The notes under the pieces were generated by a model that saw only the letters and a program-made list of their open reading frames with translations, searched no databases and was not told where the DNA came from. Positions 37,706 to 47,351 of a stretch of DNA of 64,000 bases are shown piece by piece. Position 1 is the stretch's first letter. Every line of letters starts with the position of its first letter. The translations under genes were made by a program, and so were the position numbers. The stretch is taken from positions 56 through 64,055 of the forward strand of contig JAJYLR010000003.1 of NCBI GenBank assembly GCA_021787535.1. Reading direction: 5' to 3'. The stretch comes from a bacterium. GTDB taxonomy: Bacteria > Patescibacteriota > CPR2 > UBA1875 > JAJYID01.

Positions 37706-39280
37706 TTGAAAAACAAGAATATTATAGTCCTAATGTTACGGAAAAAGCATTTAATCATTGGCGGATTTGCTCTGGCGGTAGTAATCTTGGCCGTTGCCGG
37801 AATACTTCTTTTTCCCTATTTTAAATCATTAGCCGTTTATGGCAGCTTTTCAGGCGATTTCTCAAAAGCCGGCCTGCCGGTCAATGTTAAACTAGTTCTT
37901 GATAATAAGATTAAGTCTTCGGCAAATGTCGGTTCTGCCGGCGGCGATGTTGCTGTGCCGGCGCAGAATACCAAACTAAACATTCCTCAAGGCGCTTTAA
38001 TCGCTAACGAAAACATAACGGCTGCGAAAATCATCTCGCTTCAAGGCTTGCCTTCCGGATGGAAACTCGTTGACGGCTACAGCTTTGAACCATCCGGGAT
38101 TATTTTTGGAAAGCCGGCCATATTTAGCGCAAACTCTAGCGTTGTAGGCAAAGAGATCTATGCTTTTACAATTGAGAATGGGCAGTTGAAACGCGTCCCA
38201 TACTTTATCAAAGGGAATCAGGCTCAGGTGGGAATGAGCGGATTTTCCGGCGTTGCTTTCATTCAAATAACCGGCCACGTACCATATGTGTCCAACAATC
38301 ATTCCGTCGAGGACCGGGCGGTGGAAATTATCGGAGAAGGGCTTTCGATAGATTATTATGCAAATCCGATCGACCCCAAAATCTCTGACAGCCAAAAGGC
38401 GAGGTTTCTCAAGATTTTGCAAATTTGGTATTCCAACTCGGTCAAGCTGCACCTAGAAGACGCGGCCAAAGACCCGGCCAAGATCAAAGACTCAGGCCGA
38501 GAATATAACCACTGGCTTTCGTCCGCAATGCTTCTTGGCCTGGACGGCCAACTGTCGCAGCAAGCCAGTGAAGGCAAGCAGCTTCTTGCCCAAGATCTGA
38601 AAAATGCCCTCGAAGACGCAAGCAAAAAATGTACAGCCGGCGGAGATGCCACTCAAATAGCCAATATGCTTCAGTGGGAAAGCTTGGCTATGGTTTTGGG
38701 GATCGAAAATCAGCCCGGCTTGACCCAGACGGACCTGAATAATTACATAAAAAGCTGCGGTAAATTTGAACTGGATTTCACCTCTCACTTTTCGGACAAC
38801 CAAGGAGGTCAGGCAACAGCCAGCGGAAAGGCTGAGCTTGCTATTGCCGATGATATGACCCTGCAAGGTAGCGGCACCATGAAAGAAGATTCTATGGCCT
38901 ACCCCGGCACATCCGATACAGACGGGATGATCGGGATGCCATTTGCTTTTACAATTCCCAAAACGCCTATCTCCATCAATGCAGGGACATCGCCTTCAGC
39001 ATCCATCGCGCTTCGAATGAATATGGATGCAATAGCTAACGCTCAAGATACGTTAAATAAAAGCTGTTGGTGGGTTGTTAACTGGGCTTTGGCACACCAA
39101 TCAGATGCAATTTTCGGCACTTCTCTCACTTCCAATATACGCGATTGGCAATATGTCGGCAAAAACAGCATTTTCGCCCAAAAGGTTTTCAACCGCACAG
39201 TCAACGTTCCTCTATACCCCGGTAAAATCGACAGTATTACTGAGAATACAATCTTCACATTAAAGCCCGCCTCTCATTAG
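37706..39280 (+). CDS. Membrane-anchored extracellular hypothetical protein
   Basis: N-terminal TM; GSAGG..LNIPQGAL..FEPSGIIFGKPA resembles a ZU5-like beta domain. Confidence 0.7.
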   Translation: MKNKNIIVLMLRKKHLIIGGFALAVVILAVAGILLFPYFKSLAVYGSFSGDFSKAGLPVNVKLVLDNKIKSSANVGSAGGDVAVPAQNTKLNIPQGALIANENITAAKIISLQGLPSGWKLVDGYSFEPSGIIFGKPAIFSANSSVVGKEIYAFTIENGQLKRVPYFIKGNQAQVGMSGFSGVAFIQITGHVPYVSNNHSVEDRAVEIIGEGLSIDYYANPIDPKISDSQKARFLKILQIWYSNSVKLHLEDAAKDPAKIKDSGREYNHWLSSAMLLGLDGQLSQQASEGKQLLAQDLKNALEDASKKCTAGGDATQIANMLQWESLAMVLGIENQPGLTQTDLNNYIKSCGKFELDFTSHFSDNQGGQATASGKAELAIADDMTLQGSGTMKEDSMAYPGTSDTDGMIGMPFAFTIPKTPISINAGTSPSASIALRMNMDAIANAQDTLNKSCWWVVNWALAHQSDAIFGTSLTSNIRDWQYVGKNSIFAQKVFNRTVNVPLYPGKIDSITENTIFTLKPASH

Positions 39281-39380
39281 GTTTGATTGGTGTTGACGGA
39301 AAGTTGGCAAAAATTGTCTTTTTGCCACTATTTTTTTGCAAACAATCAATTAGAATGGAGTCAGTTTATTTGGAGATAAA

Positions 39381-39578
39381 ATGGCAAAGAATCAAAATTG
39401 GAAATGCGGCGGTGGGGGAGCCGGGGCCGGAGCAGTCTACGGGCTAGGATTTATTGGCGCGCTCGTCTACTACATCCAGCATGCGGCAACGTTCTGGCTG
39501 GGAGTCTGGGGCATTCTAAAAGCTCTCGTCTGGCCGGCGCTCTTAATCTACGAAGCGCTGAAATTCCTCAGAATGTAA
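39381..39578 (+). CDS. Small membrane protein
   Basis: GAVYGLGFIGALVYYIQHA..KALVWPA; SD GGAG. Confidence 0.75.
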   Translation: MAKNQNWKCGGGGAGAGAVYGLGFIGALVYYIQHAATFWLGVWGILKALVWPALLIYEALKFLRM

Positions 39579-40189
39579 GTTCTTTCATATTTGCGCACTG
39601 AAAATAGTAAAACGGCAGCCAAGGAAGCAAAGGCGAACTTTTGCAGGATATAGGATAAGGGATCGATACTCAGGAAATATGTTCCGGCATAGGCGAGGAT
39701 AGGGATTTGCAGCAATATTTGTAGAATGACAAACTTTGTCCAGCCGACGTTTTTTCTTATGTCAAAAAGATAGATGAGAGCCAAGGCCCAAAGTGATGCG
39801 ATGAACATACCCGAGCCGAAGGCATGATAGGGATGAGCGATATCATCCGGAGAAAAGGCGGCGATGATAGCGCCAAGTCCGCCGATCACACCGAGAGCCG
39901 GTTTAAAAATATTCATTTTATGATCGCTCCGAAAACGGTTGGCGATTAAAAACATGACAAAAGCGGACAGAGCCATATCTGCGCTGTACAGGAAAGATGA
40001 TATTGGGTTTGGCAACCCTTTTGCATTGAAGGCATCGCCCAAATCGCTCAAAGGGTCAGTCCAGAAGTGAAAATGGCCGTTATAGAAAATCCCGGCTATA
40101 GTCATTACAACAAGATTGATGGCAAAAAGCCCTAGAAAATAATGAAAGGGGGTAAAATTTTTTCTGCTGAATTTTGATTCCTTTGCCAT
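39548..40189 (-). CDS. DUF998-like membrane protein
   Basis: FWTDPLSDLG..N, HPYHAFGS, LQK; about 6 TMs. Confidence 0.7.
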   Translation of the reverse strand: MAKESKFSRKNFTPFHYFLGLFAINLVVMTIAGIFYNGHFHFWTDPLSDLGDAFNAKGLPNPISSFLYSADMALSAFVMFLIANRFRSDHKMNIFKPALGVIGGLGAIIAAFSPDDIAHPYHAFGSGMFIASLWALALIYLFDIRKNVGWTKFVILQILLQIPILAYAGTYFLSIDPLSYILQKFAFASLAAVLLFSVRKYERTYILRNFSAS

Positions 40190-40293
40190 ACAACTATTTT
40201 AGCACTTTAGAGTTTTCAAATTAATTCACAAATCAAAAACCGCCCAATTCTTCTTGCGAAGAGTTGGGCGGTATGAAGGCCATATTGGGATTA

Positions 40294-40938
40294 TCAGACC
40301 TTTTTCTGGCCCTTGCGCAACTTACCCTCCTTTTTACGGATGGTAATCTCTCCAACATCGACTCTGATTTTATTGTTCAAGGCCTCCGTCCAAGCCAGCT
40401 GTTTATAGGTGTCATTTTTGTCATTCTCGTTGAGGAGGAACTCGTACTGCCAGATTTTTTCCGGTGCCTGAGTTTGATCAGATTCCTCAAACTCCTCAGC
40501 TGCGTCTCCCTGCTTGTATTCTCTGGTGATGTAGTGATAACCCGGTAAGATGACTTCAGTTCTCTTGATCCTTGCGTGAACCCACTCCTGGCCAAAGAGC
40601 TCTGCTAAGTCATTATATTGCTTTTCCCCAGCGTCGTTCTCAGCCATTTTCAGATTGGGGATTAGCATAGCAAGGGTTCGCCCTGACACCCACTCTACTG
40701 CACCTTGGCGAAGAATCAGGTCGGCGATTCTCATCTCAAACTCTGTTTTATAGACTCCCGATCGGCCATGAGTGGTCTTAATACGCCTATCTTGCCGAAT
40801 CAGCACATTAAGCTCTGCCACGTCAAGTTTTACAGGGGGAGTTTCCCAGCTTAGTAGAACGCGTATCCGCTTTCTCGCCTCTTTGGCTGCCTTTTTCCAG
40901 ATCGCTTTCTGGGATAATTTCTTAGCCATCTTGGACAC
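40294..40938 (-). CDS. Hypothetical protein (ORFan cassette)
   Basis: 214-aa ORF with own -10 box, SD and terminator at 40239-40272. Confidence 0.7.
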   Translation of the reverse strand: MSKMAKKLSQKAIWKKAAKEARKRIRVLLSWETPPVKLDVAELNVLIRQDRRIKTTHGRSGVYKTEFEMRIADLILRQGAVEWVSGRTLAMLIPNLKMAENDAGEKQYNDLAELFGQEWVHARIKRTEVILPGYHYITREYKQGDAAEEFEESDQTQAPEKIWQYEFLLNENDKNDTYKQLAWTEALNNKIRVDVGEITIRKKEGKLRKGQKKV

Positions 40939-41148
40939 CTTCTTTCTAAGGTTCGCGGTTTCAAAAAGGTCACTGCCCGTGACCCTCTGTCTTTCCAGAA
41001 CTGATTATATCATAAATTAGCATGTTTTAATATAGGAAGATGTCAGAAAAATCTTTAATGATTAATGTAAAATAATGTAAGAATAATATATTTAAAAGAA
41101 AAAACCCTCGAGTGAGGGTTTTTTGCCTTACCCGAGGGTGATGGAGAT

Positions 41149-41481
41149 TCAGCCCAGCATTCCACCGAAGGTTATGCCACGACTGTGTGCTATATTCAGG
41201 ATACGATTGCAGAAGCGGTGCCAATTCTCCGAATGATCAGGAGTTCTGAGCAGATCTGAGTACGCGCTGTCGGCGAAGAACCGGTAAGCAAGCTCGAGGA
41301 ACTTGATGGGCTCTGTCTGCGCGAAGATCTCGAGCGAGTCGATTGGTATCACGGTGTTGCTGCGCTTGAAGACGTATCCGATGATACCTCTTGGCCACTC
41401 CGTGATTCTCAAAATGATCGTGCCATTACTCTCTTCGACCACTTGCTTGGTACAACGCGCTTTGTTTTTCTTCTTCTTCAC
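41149..41481 (-). CDS. Hypothetical protein
   Basis: SD AGAAGGTG; terminator at 41099-41124. Confidence 0.65.
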   Translation of the reverse strand: MKKKKNKARCTKQVVEESNGTIILRITEWPRGIIGYVFKRSNTVIPIDSLEIFAQTEPIKFLELAYRFFADSAYSDLLRTPDHSENWHRFCNRILNIAHSRGITFGGMLG

Positions 41482-41548
41482 TTCGTTTCACCTTCTTGTT
41501 ACTAGTCGGAAGTCGGGAGTTGTTACGGCTTCAACGGACAGAAAAGTA

Positions 41549-41860
41549 TCACTGCCAGTCAGGGATGATTGAGCGGATCAAAGTCAGCATATCTTCCCGT
41601 TCTTGATCGGCGATCTCGGCGATAGCTTTGTAAGCAGCTTCCTCCATGTGCTGGGACAGCTCAAGTTCAGAGTTCTTGGAGATCAGTTTGAGATGCGGCA
41701 TTCCGTTCACCATTCTGTCTCCGATGCAGGCTCTAATCACCGCATCAAGGTGTTTTTTCTGGGTGAACCATTCACCGATCTGAGCGTACTGCTCCCGTGA
41801 AATCTGGCCGGGCTTGAGCTCTACCTGTGTTTTAGTACCTTGTTTAGCCATTTGCTTCAC
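41549..41860 (-). CDS. Hypothetical helical protein
   Basis: SD AAAGGAGGTG; start probably ATG 41851. Confidence 0.7.
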   Translation of the reverse strand: MKQMAKQGTKTQVELKPGQISREQYAQIGEWFTQKKHLDAVIRACIGDRMVNGMPHLKLISKNSELELSQHMEEAAYKAIAEIADQEREDMLTLIRSIIPDWQ

Positions 41861-41889
41861 CTCCTTTGTGATCCGCCAGAGATCAGTCT

Positions 41890-42483
41890 CTACAGAGTGA
41901 AAAGCGGGTCAGGGATTTCTTCGGTGTAGCGGCGGTCGGGGATATTATCATTATTCATCCACCAACCTTCCTTATTCTCCTTGGCGTTCTTCCACTTCTC
42001 GATGAACTGCTGAACTCGATAGTTGAAGTCCGCGCCCAGGATGGTTGCTTCGCGCCGGTCCTGAATAGAACTAGCTCCGCTGGCACCTACAATAGTGCCG
42101 TCGACATCCGCGGAGAAGCCGAAGCGGAAAGCGCCTTGCTGCAGCCGATGCTGGGAGACGAAGACGCCGACGCCGCAGTTTGCGTTCAGATTACGGTGTT
42201 CGAAGGCCTTTGCTCGGGCATTGATACCGAAGCGTTCGCCTTCCGGGCCGACCTCGGCCAAAACCATGAGTGTCTGCGAGGTTGGTATATCAGCTGGAGC
42301 GGTTGGATCGAGGATAGCATACCCCATGGAAGGTCTGGAGTATTCGCCGCTGGCATGCAGTCTGGCGAGTGCTTCTGCGCGATCGGTGATAATTTGCCTG
42401 ATGATTTCTTTGAAAGTATTATTGTCCATAAAATTGGAGTAAGGGGTACGGTAAATCATGATTTGTCTTTGCTGATTGCTCAC
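41890..42483 (-). CDS. Hypothetical protein, possible GlcG/HbpS-like fold
   Basis: INARAKA..FRFGFSADVDGTIVGASGASSIQDRREA; GTG 42483 after GGAAAGGA. Confidence 0.65.
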   Translation of the reverse strand: MSNQQRQIMIYRTPYSNFMDNNTFKEIIRQIITDRAEALARLHASGEYSRPSMGYAILDPTAPADIPTSQTLMVLAEVGPEGERFGINARAKAFEHRNLNANCGVGVFVSQHRLQQGAFRFGFSADVDGTIVGASGASSIQDRREATILGADFNYRVQQFIEKWKNAKENKEGWWMNNDNIPDRRYTEEIPDPLFTL

Positions 42484-42611
42484 GTATATTCCTTTCCTAG
42501 GTGCTTTCTGCGAGACCCTCGCAGCAGGGATTATCGAATAAATTCGGTAATGCTTAATCATAACATAAAAGCAACATAAAGTCAATCTTTTTCGGGCCGG
42601 GTTTTTGTAAT

Positions 42612-43115
42612 ATGATTATTATTATGAATACGCTTGTTATTTTATCTGCCAAATATCTCTACATTGTCATCATTTTGGCGGCGATAGGTTTGACATTTTA
42701 TAAAACCAAGATGGAAAAGCGCATAGAAATGATTGTCACAGCTATTTTTGCAGCTATTATTGTTTTGGCTCTTATTTGGTTATCCAGACACTTAATCTAT
42801 TCAGCCAGGCCTTTTGTCGTCGGTCACTTCACACCCCTCATTCCGCACGTGGCTGACAACGGCTTCCCGTCAGACCACACCGCCATTTCCATGGGCGCGG
42901 CTCTCGTAATTTATCTATTCAACAAATATGCCGGCATCATCCTGGCCGTTTTGGCTCTCTGGGTCGGCATCGCCAGGGTTCTGGCCGGTGTCCATCATCC
43001 GATCGATATTTTTGGCAGTATTATCATTGCTCTCATTGCCATCATGGCGGCAAAACTAATTTTAAAGCGCTGTCCAAAGCTCCTATCCTGCCCAATGAAG
43101 AAGTTGGGGAAGTGA
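42612..43115 (+). CDS. PAP2-family phosphatase (BcrC-like undecaprenyl-PP phosphatase)
   Basis: RPF, GFPSDH, ARVLAGVHHPIDI. Confidence 0.9.
   Translation: MIIIMNTLVILSAKYLYIVIILAAIGLTFYKTKMEKRIEMIVTAIFAAIIVLALIWLSRHLIYSARPFVVGHFTPLIPHVADNGFPSDHTAISMGAALVIYLFNKYAGIILAVLALWVGIARVLAGVHHPIDIFGSIIIALIAIMAAKLILKRCPKLLSCPMKKLGK
43027..43112 (+). repeat. PAP2 gene 3' end, repeated in diverged form at 44564-44649
   Basis: TTGCTCTCATTGCC(A/G)TCATGGCGGCAAAACTAATTTTAAAGCGCT...TATCCTGCCCAATGAA in both copies. Confidence 0.92.
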
Positions 43116-43128
43116 GTTTAGAGGCATT

Positions 43129-43731
43129 ATGACGAACTCACAGTATAAAATAGATCCAGCGAAAGCCTTTGGGCATTTAGTGTATGAATATAGATGCTTA
43201 GTGCGTGCGGAATTTGCCTACAAGCAGGCTGATAAGCATAAATGCATCAATGATTTCATTCCTGAGATAGGAACTGTTGCACGCAATGCAGTTCTACAAA
43301 AAGCCCGCTCATTAATTAAGTTTTATATGCCATTAAGTCGGGACACTGATATTACTTCAGAAAAGTATTTTGGAATCTCTTTGAGTGTTATTGATAATAA
43401 ATTATACAAAAAGCTAGAAAACATTTATCGATCAATCGAAGTCCACGATTTGCATTTAACGGTGTGGCGTGATCCAAGCTATCGTAATAATAAATCTGAT
43501 AAGATGCAACGGAGAGAATGGAATATAGAACAAGACAAAATAGTGGAGAATCTCATTAAAGCACTAGAGGTGATATCAAAAACATCTGGATTGAATGATA
43601 AGTGGCAAAGAGTTTTCCGAGAGCTTCATGATTGTTGTGCCAATGTATTGAAGGGCGATAGGGAATGGCCTGAAGAATTCTCAAGTCCTGAAAAAATTGA
43701 AAAGCATCTCAAAAGTATAGGTATACCTTAG
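43129..43731 (+). CDS. AT-rich helical protein, possible HEPN-like nuclease
   Basis: HLVYEY..KARSLIKF..RSIEVH (Rx4H)..HLTVWR. Confidence 0.55.
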   Translation: MTNSQYKIDPAKAFGHLVYEYRCLVRAEFAYKQADKHKCINDFIPEIGTVARNAVLQKARSLIKFYMPLSRDTDITSEKYFGISLSVIDNKLYKKLENIYRSIEVHDLHLTVWRDPSYRNNKSDKMQRREWNIEQDKIVENLIKALEVISKTSGLNDKWQRVFRELHDCCANVLKGDREWPEEFSSPEKIEKHLKSIGIP

Positions 43732-43801
43732 CTTTATAATTTATACCATCCATGATTGAAGGAGCCCTTGGCTTGTCAGTAGTTTCTCAGCAAGATGCCG
43801 G

Positions 43802-44563
43802 ATGATAACCTTTATGTATAGACGAAGACTGGCAAGACAAAGAGCATCCAGGAAACGAATCAAAAGCTTCTTTGTTGTTGTCATTGTCATCGGCACTACG
43901 CTTGCAATAATAAAAGGTGTGAGTTTAATCCCGGATGGCCTTGTTCATGCTAAAAAATCGGATAAAAGGACGCTTGGGTCAGTTTGCCTTGACCCCGGCC
44001 ACGGCGGCAGCGACACTGGCGCGAACAACCAAGATCTCTATGAACGCGACCTCAATCTGCGGGTGGCTGAGCGTGTAGAGAGTATCCTTGAAAATGATGG
44101 CTACAAGGTCTATATGACTAGAACGACCAACGATCCGTATCTGACAAACAACGACCGGGTCACTTTTTGTAATGGCAAAAATACCGACATTTTAGTAGCG
44201 ATTCATCAAAACTACTTTACCGACAGCGCCACTGATTACACGACAGCGCTTTATTATAATCAGAATTCACGAGGGCTGGCGGCCAGCCTCGCAAATGCTG
44301 AAGCGGCTCGCCTGGGCACTACAAATAATGGTATAGCGAGTTTTGATGATGGAGAACTCATGAGAGCCAAGATGCCGGCAGCACTTGTAGAAGGCTTTTT
44401 TATAAGCAGTGATCGTGAATATTCACTCATAAGTGCGGCCGGCTCGACACGGCTTGCAGACGAAGCGTCGGGAATCGTCCAGGGAGTTGAAAACTATTTT
44501 AAAAATCCGAATCAGAAGCCGACCCAAGACACAGTGCTTGACCAGGCCGACTCACCGGAATAG
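43802..44563 (+). CDS. N-acetylmuramoyl-L-alanine amidase (Amidase_3), membrane-anchored
   Basis: LDPGHGGSD.GA, ERDLNL, MTR, AIHQN, ALVEGFFIS. Confidence 0.92.
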   Translation: MITFMYRRRLARQRASRKRIKSFFVVVIVIGTTLAIIKGVSLIPDGLVHAKKSDKRTLGSVCLDPGHGGSDTGANNQDLYERDLNLRVAERVESILENDGYKVYMTRTTNDPYLTNNDRVTFCNGKNTDILVAIHQNYFTDSATDYTTALYYNQNSRGLAASLANAEAARLGTTNNGIASFDDGELMRAKMPAALVEGFFISSDREYSLISAAGSTRLADEASGIVQGVENYFKNPNQKPTQDTVLDQADSPE

Positions 44564-44670
44564 TTGCTCTCATTGCCGTCATGGCGGCAAAACTAATTTT
44601 AAAGCGCTACCCCAAACTCATATCCTGCCCAATGAAAAAGATAGGGAAAGCTTAGCTAAAGTTTAGGGAA

Positions 44671-44916
44671 TTATTTCTTAATATATTTTTTGCCGCGGAC
44701 GCCCTCGACATATATCTTATGCCAGGCAAGAGGCCCAAGGACAATGCCCAAAACTACGCCTTGAGCTATCATGATGCCATAAAGCACTGCAGTCAGATTG
44801 AGCGCGCCATAGAGCTCAAGAGAAACGAACTCAATAATTCCGCCAAGCGTTACCATAAAAAGGATTCCGGTTATCACCCAGAGCACAATGTAAATTATTT
44901 CTTTAGTATTTTTCAT
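44671..44916 (-). CDS. Small two-TM protein
   Basis: Two TMs; WHKIYVEG. Confidence 0.7.
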   Translation of the reverse strand: MKNTKEIIYIVLWVITGILFMVTLGGIIEFVSLELYGALNLTAVLYGIMIAQGVVLGIVLGPLAWHKIYVEGVRGKKYIKK

Positions 44917-44929
44917 ATTCGCCGGTAAG

Positions 44930-45259
44930 TTATATTTTTTTCACGGTCACAGCGGTGCCATAGGCAGCCACCTCACTAACTATGCCGGCCAGCTCATTGC
45001 AGTCAAAACGCATAGCGATGACAGCGTTAGCGCCCTTAGCGGCCGCAGCTGCGCGCAATCTGTCTACTGCCTGGTCGCGGCTGTCTGTCAAAAGTTTGGT
45101 GTAGCCCTTGGCTTCGCCGCCGACGATAGTTCTGAGATTTGCCCCAAAGTTCGAGAAAGCATTTCTGGCTCGAGTGATAAGGCCAAAAACCTCTCCCTGT
45201 ACCTCGATGATTTCGTATCCAGGCAAGTCGTTCATAGTTGTCACAATCACTTCTTCCAT
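44930..45259 (-). CDS. YbjQ (UPF0145) family protein
   Basis: VGGEAKGYTKLL..GANAVIAMRFD..EVAAYGTAV. Confidence 0.92.
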   Translation of the reverse strand: MEEVIVTTMNDLPGYEIIEVQGEVFGLITRARNAFSNFGANLRTIVGGEAKGYTKLLTDSRDQAVDRLRAAAAAKGANAVIAMRFDCNELAGIVSEVAAYGTAVTVKKI

Positions 45260-45340
45260 TTTTTAAATCTCCTTTTCTTTATGAGTTATTGCTATTTCTA
45301 ATTTAACATAATACGGGCAGTTTTAAAATTTATGAATATA

Positions 45341-45523
45341 TTATTTCCACTTGTAGACGTGGACGGCGATGTACATTGCAAGCATCCCAAGCAGAAAACC
45401 GGCAGAGAAAGTCATTACCACGGTCGATTCTGCACTGCCTCGCAGGTACCACACTAGAAGATTGAGAATAATGAGGACAATCACAACTGCTATAACATAT
45501 ACTTTGAGTGGATATTTTTTCAT
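45341..45523 (-). CDS. Small two-TM protein
   Basis: FSAGFLLGMLAMYIAVH. Confidence 0.65.
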   Translation of the reverse strand: MKKYPLKVYVIAVVIVLIILNLLVWYLRGSAESTVVMTFSAGFLLGMLAMYIAVHVYKWK

Positions 45524-45538
45524 ATTTTGATTATACCA

Positions 45539-46045
45539 TTAAAACTCTTCAAAAATTCTTTTGCCATTTCCGTCTTTTCCCAGATTCATCAAAACTTTCT
45601 TGCCTTCATTGACCCAGGAGGCGACAACATCGGCAAGGAATATGTCGTGATCGCCGGCATCAAAAATACCTGTCACTCTGCATTCATGATTTATGGTCGC
45701 GTCAGTGAGCAGTGGAGCATTTACGTATTTGCCTTTCGTTGTTTTAACTCGCGTTTCTTTAAATTTATCCATATCTCTTCCTGAAGTAGTGCCGAAAACG
45801 AGAGCTGTATTTTCCAAATCTTTATTGGGTATGGCAACCACAAACTCTTTGTTTTCTTTGAGCGGATTATAGGTATATCTCTCCTTGCCGATCGAAACCA
45901 TGATTCTCGGCGGGTCAAAAGATACTTGGGAAAACCAGCTGGCCGTCATGCCTGTCGGCTTGCCATCCCGGTCCGTGCAAATAACGAGCGTGCACAAAAG
46001 CGGATGGAGGATATTCAGGCCCTCGGTTGGAGTGATTTCTTTCAT
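45539..46045 (-). CDS. Flavin reductase-like FMN-binding protein
   Basis: MTASW..SFDPP, GTTSGRDMDKF, AGDHDIF. Confidence 0.9.
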   Translation of the reverse strand: MKEITPTEGLNILHPLLCTLVICTDRDGKPTGMTASWFSQVSFDPPRIMVSIGKERYTYNPLKENKEFVVAIPNKDLENTALVFGTTSGRDMDKFKETRVKTTKGKYVNAPLLTDATINHECRVTGIFDAGDHDIFLADVVASWVNEGKKVLMNLGKDGNGKRIFEEF

Positions 46046-46207
46046 AGTTTAAATTATAACATAGACGTAAATAATGCCTATTCAAAGACATTATTGATTA
46101 TTATTTTTTGACAAGCCGAAGCAGAGGTAATGCCAATGCTTTACAAATACCTTAGATTATGATACTATATAGTCTGTCTTGGTGAAAAATTGACAAGGAG
46201 GTTTAGG

Positions 46208-46429
46208 ATGTGTGGCGGTAATTGTCGGCACAAACCGCCGCAAGCAGTTTGCATGGCTTGCCTTGCGGCAAACGATGGATGCACGGCACGTTGCCGTGAC
46301 GCATTCGTCTACGACCCTGAGCTTACTGATGAACAAATCGTTGGCATGCTGAAAGCCGACTATACCATCGGCCAGGGGCGCTTCGAGTTAGGAGTCAAGA
46401 TCCCCGAACGGATACAGGCACTCCTGTAG
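46208..46429 (+). CDS. Small Cys-rich protein
   Basis: MCGGNCRH..CMAC..CTARC; SD AAGGAGGT; terminator at 46470-46499. Confidence 0.65.
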   Translation: MCGGNCRHKPPQAVCMACLAANDGCTARCRDAFVYDPELTDEQIVGMLKADYTIGQGRFELGVKIPERIQALL

Positions 46430-46637
46430 CAAGCAGCGTTTTTGCTAGAGATTATTTCACTAAGAACAAAAATGGCTCCGTAGTTGTACGGAGCCATTTC
46501 TCTTTTTGTCTGTTTATCTAAACTTTGTAATTTTTGACGCAGCGGGGTATATAGAGGAACCAAAAAGAAAACCCGCCCTCGGAAGAACCGAGATTCACTT
46601 TCGTGAAAACGGGTTCTCCCTTGAGCGGGCGGCTGTG

Positions 46638-47207
46638 CTAGTCCACTTTTAGCGGACCTCGGCACTGGTTATGGCACTGGCCGTATGGTATTAGACAAAT
46701 GTCGCATAGGAGTGCAATTGCCTTTTCGAGAGTGTCTTCGAGGTTCTCGCCGATCGGAACGTTCGGGAGGGATTTAAGACGGTGTCGAATGTAATGATCA
46801 CCATCAAATCCTTCCTCAAAACCAACGACGATATTGGTGCCGTCGATCTCATGATGTGCAATCCATTCGCCGAACTCAATACGAGTTGTTCGGGCAAACG
46901 GCCTATCACAGTAGTGCGTCTCCTCTTTGGCGAAAAAGAAGATGATTACACCGCGCATTGCGGCTCTTCGCAGGTAATGAGACTCCCAGTCGGCCTGACT
47001 AATGTAATCCTTTTCGCTGTAGTCATTAGCTTGATCGAGATTTCTCCTAGGAGATGCAACATTGAGGATGGGAATCTTTCTTTGTAGATACGAGATTGCC
47101 TCATCTTGCCACCTGGCGGAACCTTTGATAGGACCAGCCAGAAAGGCAAGTGCACCCTCTACTTCCACCATCTCCGGCGGAAAAATGACTTTGCTCACCG
47201 AATTCAT
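46638..47207 (-). CDS. Nucleoside 2-deoxyribosyltransferase-like protein
   Basis: FLAGPI..WQ..SPRR..QADWE..TTRIEFGEW. Confidence 0.8.
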   Translation of the reverse strand: MNSVSKVIFPPEMVEVEGALAFLAGPIKGSARWQDEAISYLQRKIPILNVASPRRNLDQANDYSEKDYISQADWESHYLRRAAMRGVIIFFFAKEETHYCDRPFARTTRIEFGEWIAHHEIDGTNIVVGFEEGFDGDHYIRHRLKSLPNVPIGENLEDTLEKAIALLCDICLIPYGQCHNQCRGPLKVD

Positions 47208-47351
47208 GTTTACCTCCTAGGTTCTGAATCGAGAAAGGCCATACCGTTTCTGGTATGACCCTCCTGTTTGAATTCCGAAATCATAATAACACAAAAAGGA
47301 TAAAAAAAGAAGAGCGAGACTATGTCTCGCTCCCGTTCTTTTGTGGCAGGA

